A stretch of 64,000 bases of DNA from the NCBI GenBank assembly GCA_963843145.1, contig CAWJJC010000021.1:64001-128000 (forward strand), read 5' to 3'. Positions 32,929-43,492 of this stretch are shown here, one piece after another (the first letter of the stretch is position 1; each line of letters opens with the position of its first letter). Origin of the DNA: an uncultured delta proteobacterium (lineage in GTDB: Bacteria; Desulfobacterota; RBG-13-43-22). Made by a program: the position numbers and the translations under genes. The notes below the pieces were generated by a model. It ran no database searches and was not told the origin of the DNA. It saw only the letters and a list, made by a program, of their open reading frames with translations.

Positions 32929-34407
32929 ATGTCGTTAAGAATTTACAATTCCCAAACCCGGCAAAAGGAAAATTTTGTTCCCTTGAATCCCCCCCGGGTG
33001 GGGATCTATGTCTGCGGGGTGACCGTCTATGACAGTTGTCATATCGGTCATGCCCGGTCCATGATCGTTTTCGACGTGATCGTTCGCTTCCTCCGCTCCC
33101 AGGGCTATGAGGTAACCTATGTCCGCAACTTTACCGACATTGACGATAAGATCATCGCCCGCTCTAATCGGGAAGGGGTCCAGTCCGAGGATTTGGCGGA
33201 AAAGTACATTGCAGAATTTAGAGAGGATATGGCGGTCTTGGGAGTGTTGTCTCCTGAGGCGGAACCTCGGGCCACCCGCCATATCCCGGCAATCATCGCT
33301 TTAGTTCAGAAGTTGATTGATCTGGGGGCGGCCTACGCGGTTGACGGGGATGTTTTTTTCGCGGTAGAGCATTTTAAATTCTACGGCCAACTTTCCGGGA
33401 GGAACCTGGAGGAAATGCAGGCCGGGGCGAGGATCGAAGTGGACCCCCGGAAACGCCATCCCATGGACTTTGCCCTTTGGAAAGCCGGAAAACCGGGAGA
33501 ACCGACCTGGGAAAGCCCGTGGGGTCCGGGACGGCCGGGATGGCACATCGAATGTTCGGCCATGAGCTCCTATTACCTGGGGGAGACCTTCGACATCCAT
33601 GGCGGCGGGCAGGATCTGATTTTCCCGCATCATGAGAACGAGCAGGCCCAATCCATGGCCGCCTCGGGTCAGCCTTTGGCCCGGTACTGGGTCCATAACG
33701 GTTTTGTCACCATCCGGGGTGAAAAAATGTCCAAATCGTTGGGCAATTTTTTGACTATTCGGGAGATGGTCCGGCGCTTCCATCCCGAAGCGGTTCGTTT
33801 GTTTTTACTTTCACGGCATTACCGCACCCCGCTGGATTATTCGGAGGAAGCGCTGCAGGAGGCCCAGAACCACCTGCACCGTCTTTACCAACTGGTTAAG
33901 GACCTGGAGCATCCGGAAGACCGTTGGCAGCGGGGGGGAGCGGAAGACTTTTCGGAGGAGAAAATCCGCGAACTGGCCGGAGTGGTGGATCAATTCAAGG
34001 AAAAATTTGAAGGGGCCTTGGAGGACGACTTCAATACCGCTCAGGCCCTGGGGTACTTTCACGATCTTTCCCGCAAGCTGAATCGCCTGCTGGACAATCT
34101 GAAGCTAAAAACCATTGGAACTTCGAAAGGAGCTCTTGTCCAGGCCGCCGGTGTTCTGAAAGCCGCCGGCTTGCTGCTGGGTATTCTGAACCTGCCGCTG
34201 GACGATTTTTTTGACCAAGAGAGAGAACGGGTTTTGGAAAGCCGCGGGTTGTCTAAACAAAGCATCGCTGATCTCATTGCGAAACGGGTTCAGGCTCGCC
34301 GGGAAAAGGATTGGATCCAAGCCGACGCCCTGCGCGCTCAGCTTCAGGAGATGGGGGTCATCCTCAAGGACAATCCCCAGGGCACGGAGTGGGATTTGGA
34401 AGAATAG
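32929..34407 (+). CDS. cysS: cysteinyl-tRNA synthetase
   Basis: CGVTVY, HIGH, PGWHIEC, KMSKS. Confidence 0.98.
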   Translation: MSLRIYNSQTRQKENFVPLNPPRVGIYVCGVTVYDSCHIGHARSMIVFDVIVRFLRSQGYEVTYVRNFTDIDDKIIARSNREGVQSEDLAEKYIAEFREDMAVLGVLSPEAEPRATRHIPAIIALVQKLIDLGAAYAVDGDVFFAVEHFKFYGQLSGRNLEEMQAGARIEVDPRKRHPMDFALWKAGKPGEPTWESPWGPGRPGWHIECSAMSSYYLGETFDIHGGGQDLIFPHHENEQAQSMAASGQPLARYWVHNGFVTIRGEKMSKSLGNFLTIREMVRRFHPEAVRLFLLSRHYRTPLDYSEEALQEAQNHLHRLYQLVKDLEHPEDRWQRGGAEDFSEEKIRELAGVVDQFKEKFEGALEDDFNTAQALGYFHDLSRKLNRLLDNLKLKTIGTSKGALVQAAGVLKAAGLLLGILNLPLDDFFDQERERVLESRGLSKQSIADLIAKRVQARREKDWIQADALRAQLQEMGVILKDNPQGTEWDLEE

Positions 34408-34410
34408 GTG

Positions 34411-34502
34411 GTTCGCCCTTTTGGGTGGGTGGCCTCAATATAGGGTAGGTTAATTTGAAATCGGGCCTTCGTGGCCGTGGGGTCTCGGCGAAAGGGTTTT
34501 CC
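34411..34502. repeat. dispersed two-block repeat, copy B
   Basis: same two blocks as 22294-22365 with a longer, different spacer. Confidence 0.6.
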
Positions 34503-34589
34503 GTATTGCTTTTTAGGTTCTAACCCGGCCCTTTTATTATCGAATCCGTCAAGCACTGACGGAAACCGGAAAACTTGAAGGAGAAGGCG

Positions 34590-35327
34590 ATGGATGATTT
34601 AGCCGGCAAGCGAGTTTTGGTTACTGGAGGTTCAAAGGGGATCGGACTGGGGATAGCCCGCTATTTCTGCGAAGCCGGGGCCAGGGTGGCCATTTGCGGA
34701 CGGAAGGAGGCCAATTTAGTGAAGGCCCGGGAACAACTGGGCGAGGTGGTTACCGTGACGGCCCACTTGGGCAAGGCCGAAGAGGTGGAGCAATTGTTTA
34801 AAACCGTCGAGAATACCTTCGGGAGCCTGGATATTCTGATCAACAATATGGGAATGAATATTTTCACCCCCTCGACCGTGGAAGCGGATATCGGTCTCTG
34901 GGATAAAATTATAGAAGGAAATCTGAAGTCGGCCTTTTTATGCTGCCGGCAGGCCTTTCCCTTGATGAAAACCAACGGCGGGGTCATCGTCAACCTCAGT
35001 TCCATCGCCGGCCACCGGGCTGCTCCCGGCATGGGTATTTACGGGATCGCCAAGGCGGGACTTAACATGCTGACTAAAGTACTGGCCAAGGAATTGGCTT
35101 CCTACGGCATCCGGGTCAATGCCGTCGCCCCCGGAATGGTGGAAACCGATTTTTCCAGGCCTTTTTGGGGTAACGACGATATCCTCAAGGAGCTCCTGAA
35201 AGCCATTCCCTTGGGCCGAATCGCCCGCGTTGAGGATGTGGTGCGGTTGGTGGCCTTCCTCTCCTCGGATCAGGCCGGTTATCTGACCGGCGAAATCATT
35301 TCCGTATCCGGCGGGACCGAGGCCTAA
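34590..35327 (+). CDS. short-chain dehydrogenase/reductase
   Basis: TGGSKGIG, YGIAK, IRVNAVAPG. Confidence 0.93.
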   Translation: MDDLAGKRVLVTGGSKGIGLGIARYFCEAGARVAICGRKEANLVKAREQLGEVVTVTAHLGKAEEVEQLFKTVENTFGSLDILINNMGMNIFTPSTVEADIGLWDKIIEGNLKSAFLCCRQAFPLMKTNGGVIVNLSSIAGHRAAPGMGIYGIAKAGLNMLTKVLAKELASYGIRVNAVAPGMVETDFSRPFWGNDDILKELLKAIPLGRIARVEDVVRLVAFLSSDQAGYLTGEIISVSGGTEA

Positions 35328-35418
35328 ACCGGTACGGATTCCAATCACTGGTTGTTGGTCGGTGAGTCTGAAAACAGAACTCGGCAACAGAAGGCAATTT
35401 TGGTTAGTATTTATGCGC

Positions 35419-35462
35419 TTGACGAATATTGCTATTCCAGTATAATAATAACCATTATCATT
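35419..35462 (+). promoter_or_regulatory. sigma70 promoter overlapped by a Fur/PerR-type box
   Basis: TTGACG-16nt-TATAAT; 9-1-9 palindrome AATAATAACCATTATCATT at 35444-35462 directly before the Fur-family gene. Confidence 0.7.
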
Positions 35463-35474
35463 TAAGAAGAGTTT

Positions 35475-35888
35475 ATGGAAACCAAGGAAAAGAAAACAAG
35501 GACCACCAAACAGCGGCAGGTTATTTTGGAAGAAATTAAAAAGGTGAGTACTCACCCGACTGCTGATGAGGTCCATGCTCTGGTGAGGAAGAGGCTTCCC
35601 AAAATCAGCCTGGGAACCATCTACCGCAACCTGGAATTTATGGCCGGGCAAAACCAGATCCTGCGGTTGGATTGGGCCGGAAACCAACGCCGTTATGATG
35701 GGAATACGTCCAACCATTTTCACTTGCGCTGTGTACAATGCGGACAGGTTAAAGACCTGCTCATGGACTATCCCCAAGAAATAGAAGAAAAGGTGGCCTT
35801 AGAGACAGATTATGAGCTTTTAGGCTGCCGTCTGGAATTTGTCGGACTTTGTCCGCGATGCCAGCCCGAAAAGCAAAAAAGCCATTAA
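35475..35888 (+). CDS. perR: Fur-family repressor, PerR-like by context
   Basis: HPTADEV, ISLGTIYRNL, HFHLRCVQC, CPRC; heads the rubrerythrin/desulfoferrodoxin cluster. Confidence 0.8.
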   Translation: METKEKKTRTTKQRQVILEEIKKVSTHPTADEVHALVRKRLPKISLGTIYRNLEFMAGQNQILRLDWAGNQRRYDGNTSNHFHLRCVQCGQVKDLLMDYPQEIEEKVALETDYELLGCRLEFVGLCPRCQPEKQKSH

Positions 35889-35927
35889 CGCCAACTTACA
35901 TTGATACAGGGAAAGGAACCGATAATT

Positions 35928-36500
35928 ATGGATTTAAAAGGGTCCAAAACGGAAAGAAACCTATTAACCGCTTTTGCCGGTGAATCGCAGGCCCGGAACC
36001 GTTATACCTATTTTGCCAGTCAGGCCAAAAAAGAAGGGTATGTTCAGATCCAGTATATCTTCGAAGAAACGGCCAATCAGGAAAAGGAACATGCCAAACG
36101 GTTGTTTAAACTGCTGCTGGGAGGGGAAGTGGAAATTCAGGCCCGATTTCCCGCCGGGGTAATCGGAACCACGGCGGACAACCTCAAGGAGGCCGCCGGA
36201 GGGGAGAATTACGAGTGGACGGATATGTACCCGTCTTTTGCCCGGGTGGCCGTGGAAGAGGGTTTTGAGGAAATCGCCAAGATTTTCGAGTCCATCGCGG
36301 TGGCTGAAAAACAACACGAACGACGCTACCTCGGTTTCCTGGCCAATATCAAAAATGGGACGGTTTTTAAAAAAGATACCGTCGTGACCTGGCGCTGCCG
36401 CAACTGCGGCTACCTGCAGGAGGGCCGCGAGGCCCCGGACAACTGTCCCGCCTGCGACCACCAGCGAGAGCAATTCGAATTGCTCTGCGAGGACTGGTAG
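35928..36500 (+). CDS. rbr: rubrerythrin
   Basis: [26 protein letters not shown]...CPACDH. Confidence 0.96.
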   Translation: MDLKGSKTERNLLTAFAGESQARNRYTYFASQAKKEGYVQIQYIFEETANQEKEHAKRLFKLLLGGEVEIQARFPAGVIGTTADNLKEAAGGENYEWTDMYPSFARVAVEEGFEEIAKIFESIAVAEKQHERRYLGFLANIKNGTVFKKDTVVTWRCRNCGYLQEGREAPDNCPACDHQREQFELLCEDW

Positions 36501-36529
36501 TAACGAATTTATTCTAGGAGGATTGTTCA

Positions 36530-36907
36530 ATGACGGAAAAACTGGAAGTCTATCAATGCGAGGTTTGTGGCAATCTGGTTGAGGTGCTTCATGTCGGCGG
36601 TGGGACGCTGGTCTGTTGCGGACAGCCCATGGTCTTGCAGAAAGAGAATACCAAAGAAGCCTCTCTGGAAAAGCATATTCCCGTCTTGGAGAAGACGACA
36701 GGGGGCTTCAAGGTCTCCGTGGGCAGCATCCCCCACCCCATGGAGGAAAAGCATTATATCGAATGGATTGAATTGGTGGCGGATGGGAAGGCTTACCGTC
36801 AGTTCCTGAATCCCGGCGACCCCCCGCAGGCGCTCTTTGCCTTGGAGGCGGAAAAGATCACGGCCCGGGCTTATTGCAACCTGCACGGAATGTGGAAGTC
36901 CTCCTAA
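36530..36907 (+). CDS. dfx: desulfoferrodoxin (superoxide reductase)
   Basis: [31 protein letters not shown]. Confidence 0.96.
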   Translation: MTEKLEVYQCEVCGNLVEVLHVGGGTLVCCGQPMVLQKENTKEASLEKHIPVLEKTTGGFKVSVGSIPHPMEEKHYIEWIELVADGKAYRQFLNPGDPPQALFALEAEKITARAYCNLHGMWKSS

Positions 36908-37085
36908 TTCAAATTGCGCTTCGTCCTTGGGGGCAGGAGCCTGACCCGTAGCCAGCCAAGAGGACGCAGAAGCAACTCGCTGTTGCACTCGTTCCCGATT
37001 TTTGTTATTCTGGAAGCCAACCAGACCGGAAGGGCGGGGAATCCCGCTCCGCTCCGGAAACAACCCAAAATTCGACGAGGAGACC

Positions 37086-37619
37086 ATGACCGCAACCAGA
37101 GAGCGCTTCACCCAGATGCTTTGTACGGCCCAGGAGATGGAAGAGAAGGGCAGGGCCTTTTATGAAAAGGCCAGGTCCACTTCCGAGAACCCGCTGGGGA
37201 AAGAGATCTTTCGCCTGCTGATTGATGACGAAATCGTCCATCTGGAGCGGATCCGGAAAATTTCCGATTCCCTGACCAAGGATCAAAATTGGTCCGAGGA
37301 CTGGAAAAAACTTCAGTGTCCCTACCAGGATCTGGGGCAGGTTTTTCGGGACCTGGTGTCCCAATACAGCCAGGCCGGCATTGCAGGCAGCAACGATCTC
37401 GAGGCTCTGAAACTCGCCCTGGATTTTGAGCTGCGGAGCGTCGCCTTCTACGAAAGCCAGTTAGCCCAGGCCGTTGATCCTTTGGAAAAGGCCTTTCTGG
37501 TCCAGATGATCAAAGAAGAAAAAGGACATGTCCTGACTCTTGAGGATACGCAATATTACCTTTCAGACCCCGAAGGCTGGTTCATGGAAAAAGAACGGGC
37601 CGGTTTGGACGGGGTTTAG
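37086..37619 (+). CDS. ferritin-like/rubrerythrin-family diiron protein
   Basis: E..G..FY, DEIVH, E....FY, EEKGH; RBS GAGGAG. Confidence 0.85.
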   Translation: MTATRERFTQMLCTAQEMEEKGRAFYEKARSTSENPLGKEIFRLLIDDEIVHLERIRKISDSLTKDQNWSEDWKKLQCPYQDLGQVFRDLVSQYSQAGIAGSNDLEALKLALDFELRSVAFYESQLAQAVDPLEKAFLVQMIKEEKGHVLTLEDTQYYLSDPEGWFMEKERAGLDGV

Positions 37620-37637
37620 CTCCCCGGTTCAGCGTGC

Positions 37638-39332
37638 ATGTCGCCGGATCCGATCAACATAGTCATCGGTGGAGAGGCCGGTCAGGGTCTGATCACCATC
37701 GGGCAGCTCTTGACCAAATCCCTGGTTCGAAGCGGGTATGAAATCGTAGTCACCCAGGACTACCAATCCCGAATCCGGGGCGGACATAATACCTTTCGGG
37801 TCCGGGCCTCCACTGAATCCTTAGCGGCGCCCCAGGAGGCCATCGACCTCTTAGTGGCCCTGGACTCCGCGAGCGTGGACCTCCATCGACCGGAACTTTC
37901 CCCGCAGGGTCTTATCCTGATCGATGACGATTTATCCGCCCCGGAAGGCTGCTGTCGAAAGGTTCCCTTAAAGGAATTGGCGCCGGACCGCTATGCCAAT
38001 ATCACCGCCCTGGGGGTGGTCAGTACGCTGCTGGGCTTGCGGGAAGAAATCGTGCTTCAAGCCACGGCAGATTTTTTCGGCCATAAAAGCCCCCAGGCCG
38101 CCGAAGGAAATCGCCAGGCCCTCCAGGCCGCCTTTACCTGGACAAAAAAACAGTCCATTTCCTTTCCCGCCCTGCCGGAAACCAGTCGTTCCGTCTCGAA
38201 ACTGATCCTGACCGGGAATGAGGCGGTGGCCTTAGGGGCGCTGTCCGCGGGGCTGAAATTTTTTGCCTTTTATCCCATGAGCCCTTCCACCTCCATTGGT
38301 CTGACCCTGGCGGCCCAGGCCAAGAAGATGGGGCTGGTGGTGGAGCAGGCCGAGGATGAAATCGCCGCCATCAACCTGGCCCTGGGGGCCTCTTTCGCCG
38401 GGGCGCCCAGCATGGTGGCCACCTCCGGGGGAGGGTTTGCCCTGATGACCGAGGGGGTCAGCCTGGCGGGAATGACCGAAACCCCCATGGTGATCGTGGT
38501 GGCCCAGCGACCCGGACCGGCTACCGGTTTGCCCACCCGCACCGAACAGGGGGACCTGGAATTCGTTCTTCATTCCGGGCACGGGGAATTTCCCCGGGCC
38601 GTTTTCAGCCCCGGATCGGTGGAGGAATGTTTTCTCCTGACCCGAAAAGCCCTGGAACTGGCCGAGCGATCTCAGGGACCGGTGTTTATCCTGACCGATC
38701 AGTTCTTGGCCGATTCTTACCGAGCGGTAGACCCTTTTGACTTATCCCAACTCCCCCCTATCCTCCCCCGAACCAGCCCGGCGATCAGCGAACCCTATCT
38801 TCGGTATGCCCTGACGGAAAGCGGCGTCTCACCGCGACTCTATCCAGGGTTGTCCGATCACCTGGTGGTGGCTGACAGCGACGAACATACGGAAGACGGG
38901 CACCTGACCGAAGACCTAACCGTCCGGATAAGAATGGTCGATAAAAGAGGGCGAAAGCTGAGGATGATCCAGGAGGCGGCGGTTCCCCCGGAATTCAAGG
39001 GTGAGCCCCGACCGGATCTTTTATTAGTTACCTGGGGTTCCGGTCGAGGGGCGGTCTGGGAGGCGGTTTCCCTGTTAAACCTCCGGGGGAAGCGAACGGC
39101 CATGCTTCATTTTTCTCAAGTCTGGCCTCTGATTCCCTATCAGTTTTTATCCCTCCTTCATGAGGCCGGGGAAATCATAGGCGTCGAAATGAATGCCACC
39201 GGACAGTTCAGCCGCCTCCTCCGGCGGGAGACCGGGGTGACTATTAAAAAAACGATCCTTCGCTATGACGGCTCCCCCCTCACCCCGGAATACCTCCTCC
39301 GGGAATTGGAACAGCGCCAATGGTTGACGTAG
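37638..39332 (+). CDS. 2-oxoacid:ferredoxin oxidoreductase, alpha (gamma-alpha fusion)
   Basis: GGEAGQG, YQSRIRGG, YPMSP, QAEDEIAA, QRPGPATGLPT. Confidence 0.94.
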   Translation: MSPDPINIVIGGEAGQGLITIGQLLTKSLVRSGYEIVVTQDYQSRIRGGHNTFRVRASTESLAAPQEAIDLLVALDSASVDLHRPELSPQGLILIDDDLSAPEGCCRKVPLKELAPDRYANITALGVVSTLLGLREEIVLQATADFFGHKSPQAAEGNRQALQAAFTWTKKQSISFPALPETSRSVSKLILTGNEAVALGALSAGLKFFAFYPMSPSTSIGLTLAAQAKKMGLVVEQAEDEIAAINLALGASFAGAPSMVATSGGGFALMTEGVSLAGMTETPMVIVVAQRPGPATGLPTRTEQGDLEFVLHSGHGEFPRAVFSPGSVEECFLLTRKALELAERSQGPVFILTDQFLADSYRAVDPFDLSQLPPILPRTSPAISEPYLRYALTESGVSPRLYPGLSDHLVVADSDEHTEDGHLTEDLTVRIRMVDKRGRKLRMIQEAAVPPEFKGEPRPDLLLVTWGSGRGAVWEAVSLLNLRGKRTAMLHFSQVWPLIPYQFLSLLHEAGEIIGVEMNATGQFSRLLRRETGVTIKKTILRYDGSPLTPEYLLRELEQRQWLT

Positions 39333-40171
39333 AAGAATTCGGAACCTTCGAAACGGCTTGGTGCCCGGGTTGCGGCAATCACGCGCTGCTCTCGGCGGTG
39401 AAGAAGGCCCTCTCCGAGGAAGGGCTCAAACCGCGGCAGGTGCTGTTTGTCTCGGGAATCGGTCAGGCGGCTAAAGCGCCGCACTATCTGAGGGCCAATT
39501 TTTTTAACGGACTCCACGGTCGGGCCTTACCGGTGGCTACCGGGGCTAAGCTGGCCAACCCGGGGCTGGTGGTGATTGCCGAGAGCGGGGATGGCTGCAA
39601 TTACGGTGAGGGGGGCAACCATTTTTTAGCCGCCATCCGGAGAAATATCAATCTGACCCTGCTGGTCCATAATAACCAGGTTTACGGCTTGACCAAGGGG
39701 CAGGCCAGCCCTACCACGGGGGAGGGTTTTATCACCAAGGCCCAGCCCGAAGGGGTCCCTTCGGCACCCTTCAACCCGGTAGCCGTGGCGGTGGCCATGG
39801 AGGCCGGTTTTGTGGCCCGGGGCTTCTCCGGTTTTCCGGATCATCTTTCCGGCCTGATCCGGGAAGCGATCCGCCATCCGGGATTTTCACTGATTGATAT
39901 ATTGCAAAACTGTGTCTCCTTCAACCGGGTCAACACCCTCGCCTGGTATAAGAAGCGTTGCACCCCTTTGCCGGACGATTACGATCCCCTGCACTGGGAG
40001 GGGGCCATGAGCCAGGCTCGGGAGTGGGGAGACCGCATTCCCATAGGAGTGCTCTACAAAAATAAGCGACCCCCGTTTGAAACGCATTTCCCCGTGCTGC
40101 AACAGGGGCCGCTGGCCGAACAGAAAGTGGATCGGGATTTGCTCCGCCGTATTATGGAGACCTATCAATAG
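39320..40171 (+). CDS. 2-oxoacid:ferredoxin oxidoreductase, beta
   Basis: WCPGCG, HGRALP, GDG...NN TPP motif, YGLTKGQ. Confidence 0.94.
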   Translation: MVDVEEFGTFETAWCPGCGNHALLSAVKKALSEEGLKPRQVLFVSGIGQAAKAPHYLRANFFNGLHGRALPVATGAKLANPGLVVIAESGDGCNYGEGGNHFLAAIRRNINLTLLVHNNQVYGLTKGQASPTTGEGFITKAQPEGVPSAPFNPVAVAVAMEAGFVARGFSGFPDHLSGLIREAIRHPGFSLIDILQNCVSFNRVNTLAWYKKRCTPLPDDYDPLHWEGAMSQAREWGDRIPIGVLYKNKRPPFETHFPVLQQGPLAEQKVDRDLLRRIMETYQ

Positions 40172-40229
40172 TCGTTTAGTGGGCCACCCGGATGATAATA
40201 TTCTCTAACGTTCTAATAGTTGAAGCCCT

Positions 40230-40355
40230 AAATCCGAAATTCGAAGCACGAAATCCGAAACAAGCACGAAGGTCCAAAATCCACAAAAACGTTTTGGATT
40301 TTGAAATTTGATCATTTAAATTTGTTTCGAGTTTCGGGCTTCGAATTTCGAGTTT
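40230..40355. repeat. palindromic element with 7-nt periodic arms, copy 1
   Basis: AAATCCG-AAATTCG-AAGCACG-AAATCCG-AAACAA ... TTGTTT-CGAGTTT-CGGGCTT-CGAATTT-CGAGTTT. Confidence 0.85.
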
Positions 40356-40404
40356 GAACCAAAAATTCATCCATTCTGTTAAGGGATTAATTGGAGAGGT
40401 GGAG

Positions 40405-41907
40405 ATGAAGAGGATAATCGGAGTCCTGTTGGTAGTGAGCTTCCTGGTGGCGATGTCCGTCTTGGCCGCCTCGCCTGCGAAAAAGGAGGTAATCAGCGAC
40501 GATACCCAGAATTGCCTGGGCTGCCACCGGGAAATCTCTCCGGGGATCGTCAAGGACTGGGAAAACAGCCGACACGGGCGGATGACCCCCCTTGAGGGAC
40601 TCAAAAAAACGAAGCTGGAACGCCGGGTTTCCAGTGAGAAAATCCCCGGGGCCGTGGGAGGCACGGTGGTGGGCTGCGCCGAATGCCACACGCTGAATGC
40701 CGCCAAGCATAAGGATTCGTTTGAACACAACGGGTCTCAGGTCCACGTGGTGGTTACGCCGGAAGACTGTGCCGCCTGTCATGGAAAAGAGGTCCAGCAA
40801 TACGGGCAGAACCTGATGGCCAAGGCCTACGGAAACCTAATGAATAATCCGGTCTACCGCCTGTTGCTCGAAGATATCAACAGCACGGCCTCTTTTAAGG
40901 AAAATAAACTGATCCTGACCAAACCCGATTCGGAAACCAATGCCGATGCCTGCCTGTTTTGCCACGGGACAATCATCGAGGTCAAAGGCCTGAAAAAACG
41001 TGACACCCCTCAGGGCGAAATGAGTTTTCCAATACTTAGCGGCTGGCCCAATCAAGGGGTTGGTCGGGTGAATCCCGATGGGAGTTTGGGTTCTTGCGCG
41101 GCCTGCCACACCCGCCATAGCTTTTCCATCGAGATGGCCCGAAAACCGTACACCTGTTCCAAATGCCACAAGGGGCCCGATGTGCCGGCGTTTCCCGTCT
41201 ACGAAGTCAGTAAACACGGCAACCAATACGCCGCGCTGAACAAGCACTGGGATTTCCAGGAAGTCCCCTGGAAGGTTGGTAAGGATTTCACCGCGCCCAC
41301 TTGCGCCACCTGCCATGTCAGCCTGATCGTGGGGGACGGAAAACAGGTGCTGGCTGAGCGGACTCACCGAATGAACGACCGATTGCCCTGGCGTATTTTT
41401 GGGCTGATTTATGCCCACCCACACCCCAAGGCGGCGGATACCACCGTGATAAAGAACAAAGCCGGTTTGTCCCTGGCTACCGATTTCAGCGGGGAACCGG
41501 CTCAGGCTTTTTTGATCGATAAGGCCGAGCAGGATAAACGGCTGAAAACCCTGCAGCAGGTCTGCCTGGGCTGTCACAGCCAAAACTGGGTGGAGGGCCA
41601 CTTTAAACGCCTGGAGCACACCATCCAGACTACCAATCAGATGACCCTGGCCGCCACCCAGGTGGTCTCGGCGGCCTGGGAACGGGGGCTGGCAAAGGGT
41701 TTGGCCCAGAAGAGCAGCCCCTTTGATGAGGCCATTGAAAAGAAGTGGTTTGAACAATGGTCGTTTTACTCCAACTCCACTCGGTTTGCCTCGGCCATGA
41801 TGGGGGCCGATTACGGGGTCTTCGCCCACGGACGCTGGTATCTAAGAAAAAATCTTCAGGAAATGGTTGAGTGGCTGGCCGAGCATGACCAGGGAAGAAA
41901 ACCCTAG
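40405..41907 (+). CDS. periplasmic octaheme cytochrome c, hydroxylamine oxidoreductase family
   Basis: signal peptide; 8 CxxCH (CLGCH, CAECH, CAACH, CLFCH, CAACH, CSKCH, CATCH, CLGCH); WPNQGVGRVNPDGSLGSC, CHTRH, SKHG. Confidence 0.9.
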   Translation: MKRIIGVLLVVSFLVAMSVLAASPAKKEVISDDTQNCLGCHREISPGIVKDWENSRHGRMTPLEGLKKTKLERRVSSEKIPGAVGGTVVGCAECHTLNAAKHKDSFEHNGSQVHVVVTPEDCAACHGKEVQQYGQNLMAKAYGNLMNNPVYRLLLEDINSTASFKENKLILTKPDSETNADACLFCHGTIIEVKGLKKRDTPQGEMSFPILSGWPNQGVGRVNPDGSLGSCAACHTRHSFSIEMARKPYTCSKCHKGPDVPAFPVYEVSKHGNQYAALNKHWDFQEVPWKVGKDFTAPTCATCHVSLIVGDGKQVLAERTHRMNDRLPWRIFGLIYAHPHPKAADTTVIKNKAGLSLATDFSGEPAQAFLIDKAEQDKRLKTLQQVCLGCHSQNWVEGHFKRLEHTIQTTNQMTLAATQVVSAAWERGLAKGLAQKSSPFDEAIEKKWFEQWSFYSNSTRFASAMMGADYGVFAHGRWYLRKNLQEMVEWLAEHDQGRKP

Positions 41908-41968
41908 CCAAAAATAGTTGAAATATTTTTGGCTAACCGGGTAGAGAAGGAACCGAAGGAGGGTGCCC

Positions 41969-42130
41969 ATGAAAAAGTATGTTTGTGATGTTTGCGGCTA
42001 TGTGTACGACCCGGCAGCCGGGGACCCGGAAAACGGGGTTGCTCCGGGAACGGCCTTTGAGGATCTACCGGACGATTGGCTTTGTCCCTTGTGCGGGGTC
42101 GGCAAGGATCAGTTCTCTCCGGAAGACTAA
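41969..42130 (+). CDS. rub: rubredoxin (53 aa; absent from the ORF track)
   Basis: manual translation [53 protein letters not shown]; RBS AAGGAGG. Confidence 0.97.
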   Translation: MKKYVCDVCGYVYDPAAGDPENGVAPGTAFEDLPDDWLCPLCGVGKDQFSPED

Positions 42131-42143
42131 TAAGGAGCCCGGA

Positions 42144-42725
42144 ATGAAAAAGAAATTTTATTCCACTGCGGTACTGCTGTTTATCCTGGTTTTAGGTCTG
42201 ATCCCCCGCAGCCTGGCTGCCGCCCCGCCCCCCCCGGCCAAGGGAGAGCCCTTTCCGGCCATTACCCTTCCGATTCCCAAAGACGCGGAGGCTAAGAATT
42301 ATCTGGGCCTGACGGGGAGCGGCTCCTTTAAAATTACCCAGGTCAAGGCCCAGGCGGTGCTCATTGAGATTTTCAGCATGTACTGCCCCTTCTGCCAGAA
42401 GGACGCGCCCGGGATCAACGAACTGTTCCAGGCCATCGAAAGGGATCCCGAGTTAAAAGGCCGGATCAAAATTCTGGGTATCGGGGTCGGGAATTCCGCT
42501 TACGAAGTGGGGGTTTATAGAAAGATCTACAACGTTCCCTTCCCCCTCATCCCGGATGAACGTTTTGTCCTGCATCAGGCCCTGGGGGAGACCCGTACCC
42601 CTTACTTCTTCCTGGTAAGCATCAATCCGGGCGGGACCGGGGAAGTGACCTATTCTGAATTGGCCGGCTTCAAGGGGGTGGAATCCTTTTTGGAAATCAT
42701 TCGAAAGTCAGCCGGGATCAAATAG
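42144..42725 (+). CDS. TlpA-like periplasmic thioredoxin
   Basis: signal peptide; FSMYCPFC; cis-Pro motif RTPYF; RBS AAGGAG. Confidence 0.85.
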   Translation: MKKKFYSTAVLLFILVLGLIPRSLAAAPPPPAKGEPFPAITLPIPKDAEAKNYLGLTGSGSFKITQVKAQAVLIEIFSMYCPFCQKDAPGINELFQAIERDPELKGRIKILGIGVGNSAYEVGVYRKIYNVPFPLIPDERFVLHQALGETRTPYFFLVSINPGGTGEVTYSELAGFKGVESFLEIIRKSAGIK

Positions 42726-42734
42726 GAGGTTTTT

Positions 42735-43343
42735 ATGAAGCGCCTGAAAAGTTTATCGGGGTTCCTTTGGGTGGCAGTCCTGTTTTCGCTGGGAGCGGCC
42801 GGGCCGGTTTTCAGCCGCTCCGAGGCCTTTAAGGAAAATATTTATCCGGTGGGCCAACTCAAGCCCACGGACAGTAAACTCAAGGTCAAAGTGGGAGAAA
42901 AGGCCCCGGATTTCACTCTTCCCTCCGTAGGGGGGGAGAAGGTTTCCCTGCACCAGTATCTCGGGAAAAAAAACGTGGTCCTGTCGTTTGTTCCGGCTGC
43001 CTGGACCCCGGTCTGCTCGGATCAATGGCCCGGGTATAATATCACCCAGGGGCTCTTTGAAGAGCATAACGCGATCCTGCTGGGGATTACGGTGGACAAT
43101 ATCCCCACGCTCTTTTCCTGGACCAACCAAATGGGCCGGCTCTGGTTTCCGGTGCTCTCCGATTTTTTCCCCCACGGGGCGGTAGCCGCCCGGTACGGTA
43201 TTCTTCGAACGGACGGCATGGCGGAGCGGGCCCTCTTCGTGATTGATAAGAAGGGGATCATTCGCTATATCGACGTTCACGACATCAACCAGCGTCCTCC
43301 TCTCGAAGCTCTGATGGGGGAATTGGGAAAGCTGGAAAAATGA
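42735..43343 (+). CDS. exported peroxiredoxin (AhpE-like, one Cys)
   Basis: signal peptide; PAAWTPVC; ERALFVIDKKGIIRY. Confidence 0.9.
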   Translation: MKRLKSLSGFLWVAVLFSLGAAGPVFSRSEAFKENIYPVGQLKPTDSKLKVKVGEKAPDFTLPSVGGEKVSLHQYLGKKNVVLSFVPAAWTPVCSDQWPGYNITQGLFEEHNAILLGITVDNIPTLFSWTNQMGRLWFPVLSDFFPHGAVAARYGILRTDGMAERALFVIDKKGIIRYIDVHDINQRPPLEALMGELGKLEK

Positions 43344-43492
43344 TGGACTCGAAAAAGTCCATCGACAGCCCGAGCGCGATTAAGCGCCGGGCTGGGGTGA
43401 GGGTGGCCATTTGAATTCACTTCAAATGGCGGGGAGGGGGAACCCTTCCCCGCCGAGCAGAAAGTCGTTTTTTGACTTTTTGCGAGGTTATC
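43342..43492. mobile_element. MITE family A, copy 1
   Basis: TIRs GATGGACTCGAAAAAGTC / GACTTTTTGCGAGGTTATC; perfect 6-bp TSD AAAAAT; body homologous to 53539-53692. Confidence 0.88.

Noticed and set aside
41979-42143. N-terminal extension of the TlpA-like ORF
   Set aside because: It is an alternative frame of the rubredoxin gene; the real start is 42144 with an RBS and signal peptide
43341-43343. Peroxiredoxin TGA followed by hairpins as a second Sec codon
   Set aside because: The TGA is at the natural C-terminus and is created by the MITE end; it is not a catalytic position
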